NCBI GenBank assembly: GCA_001823545.1
Contig: MHUV01000007.1
Location: 115 to 59,674 of the forward strand
Length of the DNA: 59,560 bases
Direction: 5' to 3'
From: Candidatus Yonathbacteria bacterium RIFCSPLOWO2_01_FULL_43_27
GTDB lineage: Bacteria; Patescibacteriota; Minisyncoccia; Phycocordibacterales; UBA1550
In this document: positions 30,113 to 38,742 of the stretch, piece after piece
Position numbering within the stretch: position 1 is the first letter of the stretch
Layout of the letters: each line of letters begins with the position of its first letter
The notes under the pieces: model-generated
What the model was told of the DNA's origin: nothing
Databases searched by the model: none
Seen by the model: the letters and a program-made list of their open reading frames with translations, nothing else
Position numbers and translations under genes: made by a program

Positions 30113-30709
30113 TTAACCAGTGTAGAGTAACCTCAGTTTATTATTTCTCTGAAGTTTCCCGATTGCGCATTTTTTTAACTGATCAACTCTCGCGCGAGAG
30201 ATTTTTAATTCCCTGCTCGCTTCCACGAGAGTTCTTTCGCCCTTGCCATCAAACCCAAAGCAGGTACAGATGGCGCGCTTTTCTTTTTCTGTAAGTCCAG
30301 CGAGCATGTCATCCATACGTCGTGCAAGTTCACTCCGGAACACTGCACGTTCCGGATGAAAAATTTCCTCGGCGTGAGACAAAAGAACGTCACTACGCTC
30401 GTGTGCAAAACACGTCTCCGCACGAACGTTGTGAAAATCACGCGCTCGTGACTTTTTTTTGATGCCCAGAAATTCGCCAGGCAAACATTCAAAAAACGCC
30501 GAAAGAGAAGTTACTGCTTTCCTCCATACCCCCTTCTTGGTTTTGAATGAGAGGATCCCGCTGACCAGACTGCTTAACGTCGGCTGGTCAATACCGCTTC
30601 GTGATGAAAGCTCAATGATACTGCCGATACCCTGCTCCTTCATTTTGCTAAGGATAATCGTGCCGGAAAACTGAACAAAACCGTTCCCTCTTGCACATCT
30701 TTTTTCCAT
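30113..30709 (-). CDS. XRE-like HTH plus sigma70 region 4 fusion protein (copy 1)
   Basis: N-terminal SIIELSSRSGIDQPTLSSL; C-terminal LTEKEKRAI...FG.....TLVEAS..LKISRARV.QL...AI.KL. Confidence 0.75.
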   Translation of the reverse strand: MEKRCARGNGFVQFSGTIILSKMKEQGIGSIIELSSRSGIDQPTLSSLVSGILSFKTKKGVWRKAVTSLSAFFECLPGEFLGIKKKSRARDFHNVRAETCFAHERSDVLLSHAEEIFHPERAVFRSELARRMDDMLAGLTEKEKRAICTCFGFDGKGERTLVEASRELKISRARVDQLKKCAIGKLQRNNKLRLLYTG

Positions 30710-30813
30710 ACGCGGGACCCCCTTCAAAATTTTTTTTACTATCTTTTATAAGCATAGTACACAACACTACAACAATCAATCAATAGTTATCAACAAGGCT
30801 AATGTGTGTCTAC

Positions 30814-30844
30814 AAAAAAGCCACGGGGTTGACTACCCGTGGCT
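30814..30844 (-). terminator. intrinsic terminator
   Basis: AGCCACGGG-N8-CCCGTGGCT with A-run. Confidence 0.7.
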
Positions 30845-30853
30845 CAAGAAAAC

Positions 30854-31381
30854 TTATCTCGATTTTTTCTTCTTTTTCACAATATGATACTTTACTTTGC
30901 CAATTGCTTTTTTCTCTATTTCCCCAATACAGAAGGCTGAAATCTTTAAAACCTTCTTAATTTCTTCGAGAGTCTTCTTGGGGCCTTCTCCGAATCCAAA
31001 ACGGAGCGAGAGCACCTCGCGTTCCTTGAATGAAAGCTCACGTAATGCAAAAGAGATATCTTCCCACGATGCATTGAAACACTCTTTGGCACGCTTTCGC
31101 CCAAGATCAGAGGTGATGCAAATCTGGTCTTCCTCAAAGAGTTCGTACGGTGTAACTGAAAAAAACTTTGCAATTGCAAGCACGCACGGCCTCCACCTAT
31201 GCATACGATCCTGAGGAGAAAGTTCTTTATTAATCAATTTAAGGAGCAAGGTCTGACATATGTCACTCTGCTGTGAAAGCTCGACAACACTTGAAATGCC
31301 GTGTTTTTTCATCATGTCCAAAATGAACATATTTCTCTCTTTCACACCACAGTGAAAGACACTATGCTTATTTTTATTCAT
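30854..31381 (-). CDS. XRE-like HTH plus sigma70 region 4 fusion protein (copy 2)
   Basis: SVVELSQQSDICQTLL; LSFKEREVLSLRFG.....TLEEI...L.IS...I..IE.KAI.K. Confidence 0.75.
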   Translation of the reverse strand: MNKNKHSVFHCGVKERNMFILDMMKKHGISSVVELSQQSDICQTLLLKLINKELSPQDRMHRWRPCVLAIAKFFSVTPYELFEEDQICITSDLGRKRAKECFNASWEDISFALRELSFKEREVLSLRFGFGEGPKKTLEEIKKVLKISAFCIGEIEKKAIGKVKYHIVKKKKKSR

Positions 31382-31460
31382 ACCACGTACCTCTTTTATT
31401 TTTTTTGAACAACTCTTGTATGAAAATAACGTACTATTATTCAATTGTCAATAAAGCACA

Positions 31461-32822
31461 TTACACGACAGGTAGGGTAATAATGAAATCAGTTCCCTTA
31501 CCTTTAATTGATTCGATGCTGATTGAACCACCCATTTCTTTAACAATTTGATGCGTAATCCAGAGTCCTAATCCCGTACCACGAACATCTTCTGTTTCTT
31601 TTGATTTTACGCGGTAAAACTTTTGAAACAAATTCTTTTGATCTTCTGCGGAAATACCAATACCGGTATCACTCACGCGTACGACCACGTGATTTTGTTT
31701 TACATCTGCTCGCACCACCACCTCACCAGCAAACGTATACTTAAGAGCATTTCCAATAATGTTTGTAAAAATCTGCTTAGTTCTTTTTTCGTCAGTAGTA
31801 AGGAGAGGTATCGCATCAGAAAACTCCACGCGAAGTGCGAGACCTTTACTCTGCGCAACATTCTGAAGTGTCAAGACAACAGAAGAAAGAAGAGCTCTCA
31901 CGTCTATCTCTGTTCTCGTAAACGACATTCGTCCCTCTTGAATACGCGCCACATCCAAAATATCATCCACGAGAAATGCGAGATCGCGGGCAGAAGCATC
32001 AATCATTTCAATATCCCGCTTGTGTGTTTGTGGGATATCTTTCATCCCCTGTAATAAATTGGCATATCCGCGAATAGCGGCAAGTGGCGTACGTAGTTCA
32101 TGTGCTGCCATCGAAACAAAATCATCTTTCATTTGATCAACCTCCTTTAATCGTTGATACAACGTTGCATAATCAATAATGCGTGCCTGGCGCGCCAACA
32201 TAACAATAATGAGTAGGATAATAATACCGAGCAATCCATAGGCATTACGCATATTTTTGCGCATCACAGCATCCGCTTGAGACATCGAGAGATCAACAAC
32301 GATATACCCTATAGTTTCAGAGCTACTTGTCGCCGTGATTGCGCGTACACCACGCCAGTAACGCTCACCTTCTATAAAATAGGAAGTGGCATACGTCTCA
32401 CGCGGATTTCCTGAAGCCGATCCCAATAGAAATGTTGAAAGATTATCTACTTCAGATCCTGTGTCGAGGTCGCCTGAATTAAGTGACGCTACTACCGGAT
32501 AGGTTTCTCCAAAACGAGGACCAAGTACTTGGAAATTTCGCATGGTCTCATTATTTTTACCCAGCGCAACAATACGTTCTCTCAAATACGCAGGATCACG
32601 CATATGATCGCCGGCAAAAAGAGCAAATGTTTCTTCGAGGATGCTAATACGATTGCGCTCTAATTTGTTTTGATTCTCGCGCGTAATTTTCAGAAATTGT
32701 TCGCTCGTAAACACGAACGCGAGAGGAATCACAATCACAAGAAAAAATGTGTAGATGATTTGGGGGTTATTGCGCACAAAATTAAAACCATGAACGAAGA
32801 ATTTTTTTAGTCGCTCTGTCAT
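31461..32822 (-). CDS. sensor histidine kinase
   Basis: Two TMs; AAHELRTPL (H box), NIIGNALKY (N), DTGIGI (G1), FQKFYR, GTGLGL (G2). Confidence 0.95.
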   Translation of the reverse strand: MTERLKKFFVHGFNFVRNNPQIIYTFFLVIVIPLAFVFTSEQFLKITRENQNKLERNRISILEETFALFAGDHMRDPAYLRERIVALGKNNETMRNFQVLGPRFGETYPVVASLNSGDLDTGSEVDNLSTFLLGSASGNPRETYATSYFIEGERYWRGVRAITATSSSETIGYIVVDLSMSQADAVMRKNMRNAYGLLGIIILLIIVMLARQARIIDYATLYQRLKEVDQMKDDFVSMAAHELRTPLAAIRGYANLLQGMKDIPQTHKRDIEMIDASARDLAFLVDDILDVARIQEGRMSFTRTEIDVRALLSSVVLTLQNVAQSKGLALRVEFSDAIPLLTTDEKRTKQIFTNIIGNALKYTFAGEVVVRADVKQNHVVVRVSDTGIGISAEDQKNLFQKFYRVKSKETEDVRGTGLGLWITHQIVKEMGGSISIESIKGKGTDFIITLPVV

Positions 32823-32827
32823 ATTGA

Positions 32828-34927
32828 TTACATTTCTGTAGCGCCAGCTCCACTGCCATCACGTCTTCGCACGATCACACCAATAGTCAAGAAGCTAAGG
32901 CCTAAAATACCAACGATAAGTACAAAAAGAGTGTAGAGCGAAAGCCCAGAGAAGAACCCCGGTTCATTATGCGCAACCGGAAGCATTACATCAACATTTC
33001 CCAAAGTGACAGCTTCTGCAACTTTCACAAATGGTAACGGTTCCGATTTTACAAGGACACGCCCATCGCCATCGGTAATTGCCGACACTACATGATGGGT
33101 GCCATCAGGAAGCTCTTTATCAAGCGTATATGACCATTCACCTAATGAATTTGTTTTTACCATCACTACGATTGGCTCAGAAAAAATGTAAAGTGTCACA
33201 AAACTATTAGGCAATGCTGTTCCGGTAAATGCAAAATGAGGAGCATGAGATTCACCAAGGGCGTCTGTTGTCGAGGTGCTCATAGTATTGTTTAATGCAA
33301 GCACCTTTTTAACCACAAGGAGTTGCTTGTCAGTAGTACCAGAAACAAGAGGATTGTTCTCGGTTGCAAGCACGGAAATAGATGGAATTACAGCACCCGT
33401 AGTGGTGGCTTGCGTGGCAAAAAGTACCGCAGACGTCTTGCTTCGGGGGTTAGAACGCACCGCAATTTCGTTTCCATCAGAAACACCATCTTGGTCCGTA
33501 TCTCTATTTTTTGGATCTGTATGATAAATGTTGACTTCATCATAGTCCGCAAGTTCGTCATTATCAGTATCAACAAAGACACGAGCGCCAATGCGTTCAG
33601 TAAAAATTTTCTTTTCTTCCTTGTGATTCTGATTAAGAGCTTGTGTGCGTTCAATTATTGTTTCATTGGATACCAACTTATTTTTAACAAGGACCTGCGT
33701 ACAAACACCCGTGTTCTTGAGGTCTGAACAGAACTGCTGAAACTCTTGTGGACTTTTTACTACAGAAGGAAGCTCTGGAGGACGCACGGCAATGTCGGCA
33801 AGAATACTCTCGATACGTTCAAAGGGAACACTACCAACGAGAGAAGGCTTTATCGGGGAAAGCATCGGCATCTTTGTTTGAGCAAATGTCACACACGTAC
33901 TCGTTTCGCGTTTTTCTTTTTGCTCACAATACACCGCACACTCTTTAATGTCCGTACACCCAGCAGGATTTTTTATTCTGTTTACAATTTCTTGTTGTTC
34001 TTTTTTAGAAATTTTATTTACAATCTCTTTTTGCTTTTTCTCATCAAATCTTTCAAAATGTTCTACGGCGGGAAGAGCAGACCTCATTCCCTCAACGAAC
34101 GCGACATTAACACGAACAGGTGTTCTCTTATCTTCGTTATGTTCTTCTCCACGAACAGGGGGGCCAACATACAAAGGAAGAGTTGGCGTGAGCGTTGTTT
34201 TAGGTAACGTGGAAGGCAACGTGTTGTTTGCCGTTGAGGAAAGTGGCGCAGGAACAATAACAGGAGGTGGTGGTAATGGTATCTTTGGCAGTGAAGTCGT
34301 GGTGGTAACGGGAAGTGGCGCTGATGGTGAGACCTGAGGCAACGTAGCAACAGAAGTACCAAAAGAAGAAGTGATGTTATCTTCTTCATGATCGTCATCA
34401 TAAGAAACAGCGACATTCCCCGTCGTCACCACCACACTTTCCGTAGTCACCGTACTACTTGCCGACGAAACCACATTCCCCGTACCAGAAAGCGTACAGG
34501 TGACATCCAACACAAACTTACCATAGAGCATTCCAGATCCTACGTGGGGTTGATTGACCACCGCCGACCAATGATACACCCCATTACGAAGAAGGTGGGA
34601 TCCTGGCAACACTGATGTGTTTGACGAATCAGTACCAACAGAGAGTTTAAAACTTCCCCCCGCTAAAGGATTCGCAATAAATGCAGTTTTTGTTTTTGGA
34701 TGAGTAGGCTCAGAACAATCAACGCTTGTTGTGGGAACAACAGAAAAGGTAACAGGGGTTCCTGTGGTAGTGGTATTAGAATACGTAGCGGTTGTGCTCG
34801 TGGTGGTATTAAAAAAACTGGTCGTATCAGCAAATGAGTTCAAAGGAAAACGGATAACACCGACCCCAATTATAAGTGCAGCGATCACACCTATGTGATA
34901 TTTATAAACGTGAAAGAAATTGTACAT
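32828..34927 (-). CDS. large surface protein: low-complexity stalk, Cys repeats, DxDxD (TSP3-like) repeats, Ig-like domain, C-terminal TM
   Basis: GCTDIKECAVYC, DTDNDELADYDE...DTDQDGVSDGNE, GTALPNS.VTLYIFS, C-terminal hydrophobic helix followed by RRR. Confidence 0.8.
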   Translation of the reverse strand: MYNFFHVYKYHIGVIAALIIGVGVIRFPLNSFADTTSFFNTTTSTTATYSNTTTTGTPVTFSVVPTTSVDCSEPTHPKTKTAFIANPLAGGSFKLSVGTDSSNTSVLPGSHLLRNGVYHWSAVVNQPHVGSGMLYGKFVLDVTCTLSGTGNVVSSASSTVTTESVVVTTGNVAVSYDDDHEEDNITSSFGTSVATLPQVSPSAPLPVTTTTSLPKIPLPPPPVIVPAPLSSTANNTLPSTLPKTTLTPTLPLYVGPPVRGEEHNEDKRTPVRVNVAFVEGMRSALPAVEHFERFDEKKQKEIVNKISKKEQQEIVNRIKNPAGCTDIKECAVYCEQKEKRETSTCVTFAQTKMPMLSPIKPSLVGSVPFERIESILADIAVRPPELPSVVKSPQEFQQFCSDLKNTGVCTQVLVKNKLVSNETIIERTQALNQNHKEEKKIFTERIGARVFVDTDNDELADYDEVNIYHTDPKNRDTDQDGVSDGNEIAVRSNPRSKTSAVLFATQATTTGAVIPSISVLATENNPLVSGTTDKQLLVVKKVLALNNTMSTSTTDALGESHAPHFAFTGTALPNSFVTLYIFSEPIVVMVKTNSLGEWSYTLDKELPDGTHHVVSAITDGDGRVLVKSEPLPFVKVAEAVTLGNVDVMLPVAHNEPGFFSGLSLYTLFVLIVGILGLSFLTIGVIVRRRDGSGAGATEM

Positions 34928-34945
34928 AATATTTTTTTGCTCCCT

Positions 34946-35923
34946 TCATCCAAGAAGCATTTTCACGGCATACTTAATTCCCTCTTTGTCCATACCATAA
35001 TGTTTAAGAAGCTCCTCAGGTTTACCCGACTGTCCAAACTTGTCATGTACCCCCACAAATGCCATACGCGTAGGATGCGTGGTAGCAAGAACCTCGGCAA
35101 CCGCGCTACCCAACCCTCCCGCAACCTGATGCTCCTCTACCGTAACAATAGCGCCACACTCTTTCGCAAGCGCCACAATGGCATCGCGGTCAAGCGGTTT
35201 TATCGTAGCAATATTCATCACCATCGCACCAATTCCGTCGTTTTCGAGTTCTCGTGCCGCAAGGAGTGCGTTGTGGACGAGTGCACCACACGCAATAATA
35301 CCTACGCGTACTGTCCCCTGTGGACGATAGAAAATTTGTGCCTTACCTATTTCAAACGGCGTATCCTCGGTCGTAACGATAGGAGTTTTTTCGCGCGCAA
35401 GACGTAGATAGGTAGGGGTTGTTGTTTTTGCCATAGCAATCGTTGCCTTCTTGGCCTCGATAGTATCACAGGGTGCAATAACGACCATATTGGGAATTAC
35501 GCGTGTGATCGCAATATCCTCTACTGCTTGGTGCGTACCACCATCAGGACCAACGGAAATACCCGCATGAGAACCAACGATTTTCACTGGCCGATCGTTG
35601 TAACAAATTGTGGTACGAATTTGTTCCCAGTTACGCCCCGGGCTAAACATTGCGTATGATGAAATAAAAGGAACCTTCCCCATCGCTGCCATTCCCGAAG
35701 CAACCGATGCCATCGACTGTTCCATAATTCCCATTTCAAAAAAACGTTTCGGAAATTCTTTTGCAAACGCGTCCATTTTGGTGGATTCCGTAAGGTCGCA
35801 ACAAAGTCCCACCACACGCTCGTCAGCGCGCGCTGCTACAAGAAGTCCTTCACCAAACCCTGCGCGAATAGGTGCTTGCTCTACATCTGTATCAAAAAGT
35901 TTTGGATTAAGGGGAATGTTCAT
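34946..35923 (-). CDS. transketolase, C-terminal subunit
   Basis: EMGIMEQ, GPDGGTHQ, YLRL.R, TVEEHQ..GGLGSAV. Confidence 0.93.
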   Translation of the reverse strand: MNIPLNPKLFDTDVEQAPIRAGFGEGLLVAARADERVVGLCCDLTESTKMDAFAKEFPKRFFEMGIMEQSMASVASGMAAMGKVPFISSYAMFSPGRNWEQIRTTICYNDRPVKIVGSHAGISVGPDGGTHQAVEDIAITRVIPNMVVIAPCDTIEAKKATIAMAKTTTPTYLRLAREKTPIVTTEDTPFEIGKAQIFYRPQGTVRVGIIACGALVHNALLAARELENDGIGAMVMNIATIKPLDRDAIVALAKECGAIVTVEEHQVAGGLGSAVAEVLATTHPTRMAFVGVHDKFGQSGKPEELLKHYGMDKEGIKYAVKMLLG

Positions 35924-35926
35924 ATA

Positions 35927-36796
35927 TTACTCATGTTCGCTTACAATTTGTCCACCGAGCGTACGAAGTTCTGCTAGTGCATTTGCTCCCTGATCTTTAT
36001 TCGGAGGGTTGCCATGCCATTTATAATCTCGTTGAAATGCTTCCACACCCTTACCCGGAATCGTATGCGCAATGATAACGGTAGGTTTTTCAAAAATTGC
36101 TTTTCCTTCGTTGACAGCATCGTTGATTGCCTCCATATTATGACCGTCAATTTCAAGCACATGCCATCCAAACGCCTCCCATTTTTGAACAAGTGGTTCA
36201 AGAGGCATCACATCTTCCGTGAAGCCATCAATCTGAATATTATTACGATCAACAATAGCAATAAGGTTATGGAGTCGCTCTTTCCCCGCGAGCATAATAG
36301 CTTCCCATACTTGTCCTTCATTAAGCTCACCATCACCAAGGAAACAATAGATGTAACGATCTGAGGAAAGACCATCGTTCAAACGATCTACCAGCGCCAT
36401 ACCAACCGCCTGTGACAATCCTTGTCCGAGAGGACCCGAGCTTGTCTCTAGCATTGGTAAATATTCACGATGAGGATGACCTTGCAGGCGAGAACCAAAT
36501 TTGCGGAGCGTTTTCATTTCCTCGACGGGGAAATACCCACTGTGTGCCATCGTTGCGTAGAGTACGGGACAAATGTGTCCATTGGAAAGAATAACCCGGT
36601 CGCGTTCTTCCCACATTGGGTCTTCAGGGTTATGTTTGAGAATATGAAAATAGAACGCAGTAAAAATATCAGCCATACCAAGAGGTCCTGCGGTATGCCC
36701 TGACTTTGCTTCAACTAATCCTTCAATAATTGTTGCGCGAATGGCAACTGCTTTTTCTTCAAGAAATTTTATTTTCTCATCATGAAGATGTGTCAT
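35927..36796 (-). CDS. transketolase, N-terminal subunit
   Basis: SGH, DRVILSNGH, LQGHP, GPLGQGLS, GDGELNEG TPP motif. Confidence 0.93.
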   Translation of the reverse strand: MTHLHDEKIKFLEEKAVAIRATIIEGLVEAKSGHTAGPLGMADIFTAFYFHILKHNPEDPMWEERDRVILSNGHICPVLYATMAHSGYFPVEEMKTLRKFGSRLQGHPHREYLPMLETSSGPLGQGLSQAVGMALVDRLNDGLSSDRYIYCFLGDGELNEGQVWEAIMLAGKERLHNLIAIVDRNNIQIDGFTEDVMPLEPLVQKWEAFGWHVLEIDGHNMEAINDAVNEGKAIFEKPTVIIAHTIPGKGVEAFQRDYKWHGNPPNKDQGANALAELRTLGGQIVSEHE

Positions 36797-36800
36797 GCAA

Positions 36801-37475
36801 TTATTGTACCAGATTTCTTAAATCTTCAATAGTGTTTGAAACGTCTCCACTCTTCAAAATAGTTGAACCAGAAACCAAACGTGTTGCGCCAGCATCTACG
36901 AGTATGCGTGCGGTCTCGTAATTAACTGAACCATCAATACTAATAGGCATTTCTGGATAACGTGAACGTATGTTGCGTACCTGCTCAAGAACACGCTCGT
37001 CAAAAGCCTCTCCTTGAAATCCAATTTTTCCAATTCCCATACATTGCACAAAATCAATATCCTGCATATAGGCTTCAATAGACTCAAATGGTGTTGTGGT
37101 ATTGAGCGCAAGACCCAGCTCAACCAAGTCTTGCGGCACACTGTTGCGAACTGCCTCGAAATCTGTCATCGACTCAACATGCACGATAATGCGACGTGCA
37201 CCAGCGGTAACCCATTTACTCACTGCTTCTTCAGGATTCTCGATCATAAGATCAGCTTCGAAGTCAATGAATTCCCATTCCGGCATCCCTTCGTCTTCAG
37301 TAATAATGTTCGCAAAATGCTGATCTCCCGGATAATACGGCCATGTGCGTGCGGGAACAAATTTCCCATCCATGATATCCAACTGTACCAACGGGACCAC
37401 ACCAGCAAAGAGTCCCATCTTTTCTGCGAGATCCTCATAGCTCTTTGGCATAATGGCAGGGATAATTTCAATCAT
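36801..37475 (-). CDS. rpe: ribulose-phosphate 3-epimerase
   Basis: DIMDGKFVP, DLMI.NP, GFQG, IDGSVN, VSGS. Confidence 0.88.
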   Translation of the reverse strand: MIEIIPAIMPKSYEDLAEKMGLFAGVVPLVQLDIMDGKFVPARTWPYYPGDQHFANIITEDEGMPEWEFIDFEADLMIENPEEAVSKWVTAGARRIIVHVESMTDFEAVRNSVPQDLVELGLALNTTTPFESIEAYMQDIDFVQCMGIGKIGFQGEAFDERVLEQVRNIRSRYPEMPISIDGSVNYETARILVDAGATRLVSGSTILKSGDVSNTIEDLRNLVQ

Positions 37476-37518
37476 TTTTTGTTTTCAAAGTTTGCCAAGG
37501 ACCGCCCTTGGCAAACTA

Positions 37519-38532
37519 TTATTTCTTAGTAATGATACTTTTCTTATACGTATTCAAATGTTCAAGTGCGATACCGGTACCTTTTGCCACACAATAGAGC
37601 GCATCTTCAGCAAGAACCGCTTTTACTCCCGTGCGACTAAATACAAGCTCGGGAAGATTGCGAAGTTGTGATGAACCTCCCGTCATAATTACTCCTTGAT
37701 CAATAATGTCTGCAGAAAGTTCAGGAGGGGTCTCTTGTAACACATCTTTAATAGCGCGGATGATCTCGCGTAGTTCGCGATCAATTGCCTTTACAATTTC
37801 ATTTGTCGAAACTTGCGCTGTGCGAGGAAGTCCCGTGACATAATCACGTCCCTTAATTACCAAAACAAGCTCATCATCAAGAGGAATAGCGGAACCAATG
37901 CGAATTTTTACCTCTTCTGCCGTACGGTCACCAATCGCAAGATTGAATGTTTTTTTAATATAGTCTGCAATGGCGTGATCAATTTTGTTTCCTGCGCATT
38001 TTACCGATGTCGATGCAACAATTCCTCCCAACGAAATCACCGCAACATCAGTAGTACCACCACCAATATCCACCACCATATGTCCGCGCGCTTCGTGAAT
38101 AGGAATACCCGCACCAATAGCGGCAAGGATCGGCTCTTTCACTACGTATGCATTTTTTGCACCGGCTTTAATCGTCGCTTCAATAACAGCACGACGCTCG
38201 GTCGATGACACACCAGCAGGCACAGAAACCATCACGTCTGGCTTCAGAATATTCCATTTACCCAACGCCTTGTTGAGGTAGTAGCGAATCATTGCTTCGG
38301 TGATGCGGTAATCGGCAATAACACCATCCTTCATCGGACGATATGCAATAATATTGTCAGGGGTACGACCAATCATCTGCTTTGCCTCGAGCCCCACAGC
38401 CATAATGCGATTATTCTGTTCATTTACTGCAACGACAGACGGTTCATTGAGTACAATTCCCTTTCCTGGAATAAACACAAGTGTATTTGCCGTACCGAGA
38501 TCAATACCGATTTTTCTAATAAAAAATGACAT
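37519..38532 (-). CDS. mreB: rod shape-determining protein MreB
   Basis: IGIDLGTANT, EPSVVA, RPMKDGVIAD, VDIGGGTT, TPPELSADI. Confidence 0.96.
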   Translation of the reverse strand: MSFFIRKIGIDLGTANTLVFIPGKGIVLNEPSVVAVNEQNNRIMAVGLEAKQMIGRTPDNIIAYRPMKDGVIADYRITEAMIRYYLNKALGKWNILKPDVMVSVPAGVSSTERRAVIEATIKAGAKNAYVVKEPILAAIGAGIPIHEARGHMVVDIGGGTTDVAVISLGGIVASTSVKCAGNKIDHAIADYIKKTFNLAIGDRTAEEVKIRIGSAIPLDDELVLVIKGRDYVTGLPRTAQVSTNEIVKAIDRELREIIRAIKDVLQETPPELSADIIDQGVIMTGGSSQLRNLPELVFSRTGVKAVLAEDALYCVAKGTGIALEHLNTYKKSIITKK

Positions 38533-38742
38533 GAGAATTATTGAATGAATATTAGGTGCTTTCTTTTCCAGAATTGCGTAATGATGACATTATGGACGAC
38601 GAGTGCACCTTTTGCAACTTTACAGCGTCTAGAGAAAACGTCCCCCACAGACATACTACTACGTGTGACGGCCCTTGAGCAAATGGGCAAAATATGAGGT
38701 AATATACTATTATGACCTCTCAAACGAGGAATAACCTATTTT

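Noticed and set aside
38538-38723. Small ORFs between mreB and priA
   Set aside because: No recognisable motif or start signal; more likely divergent promoter region
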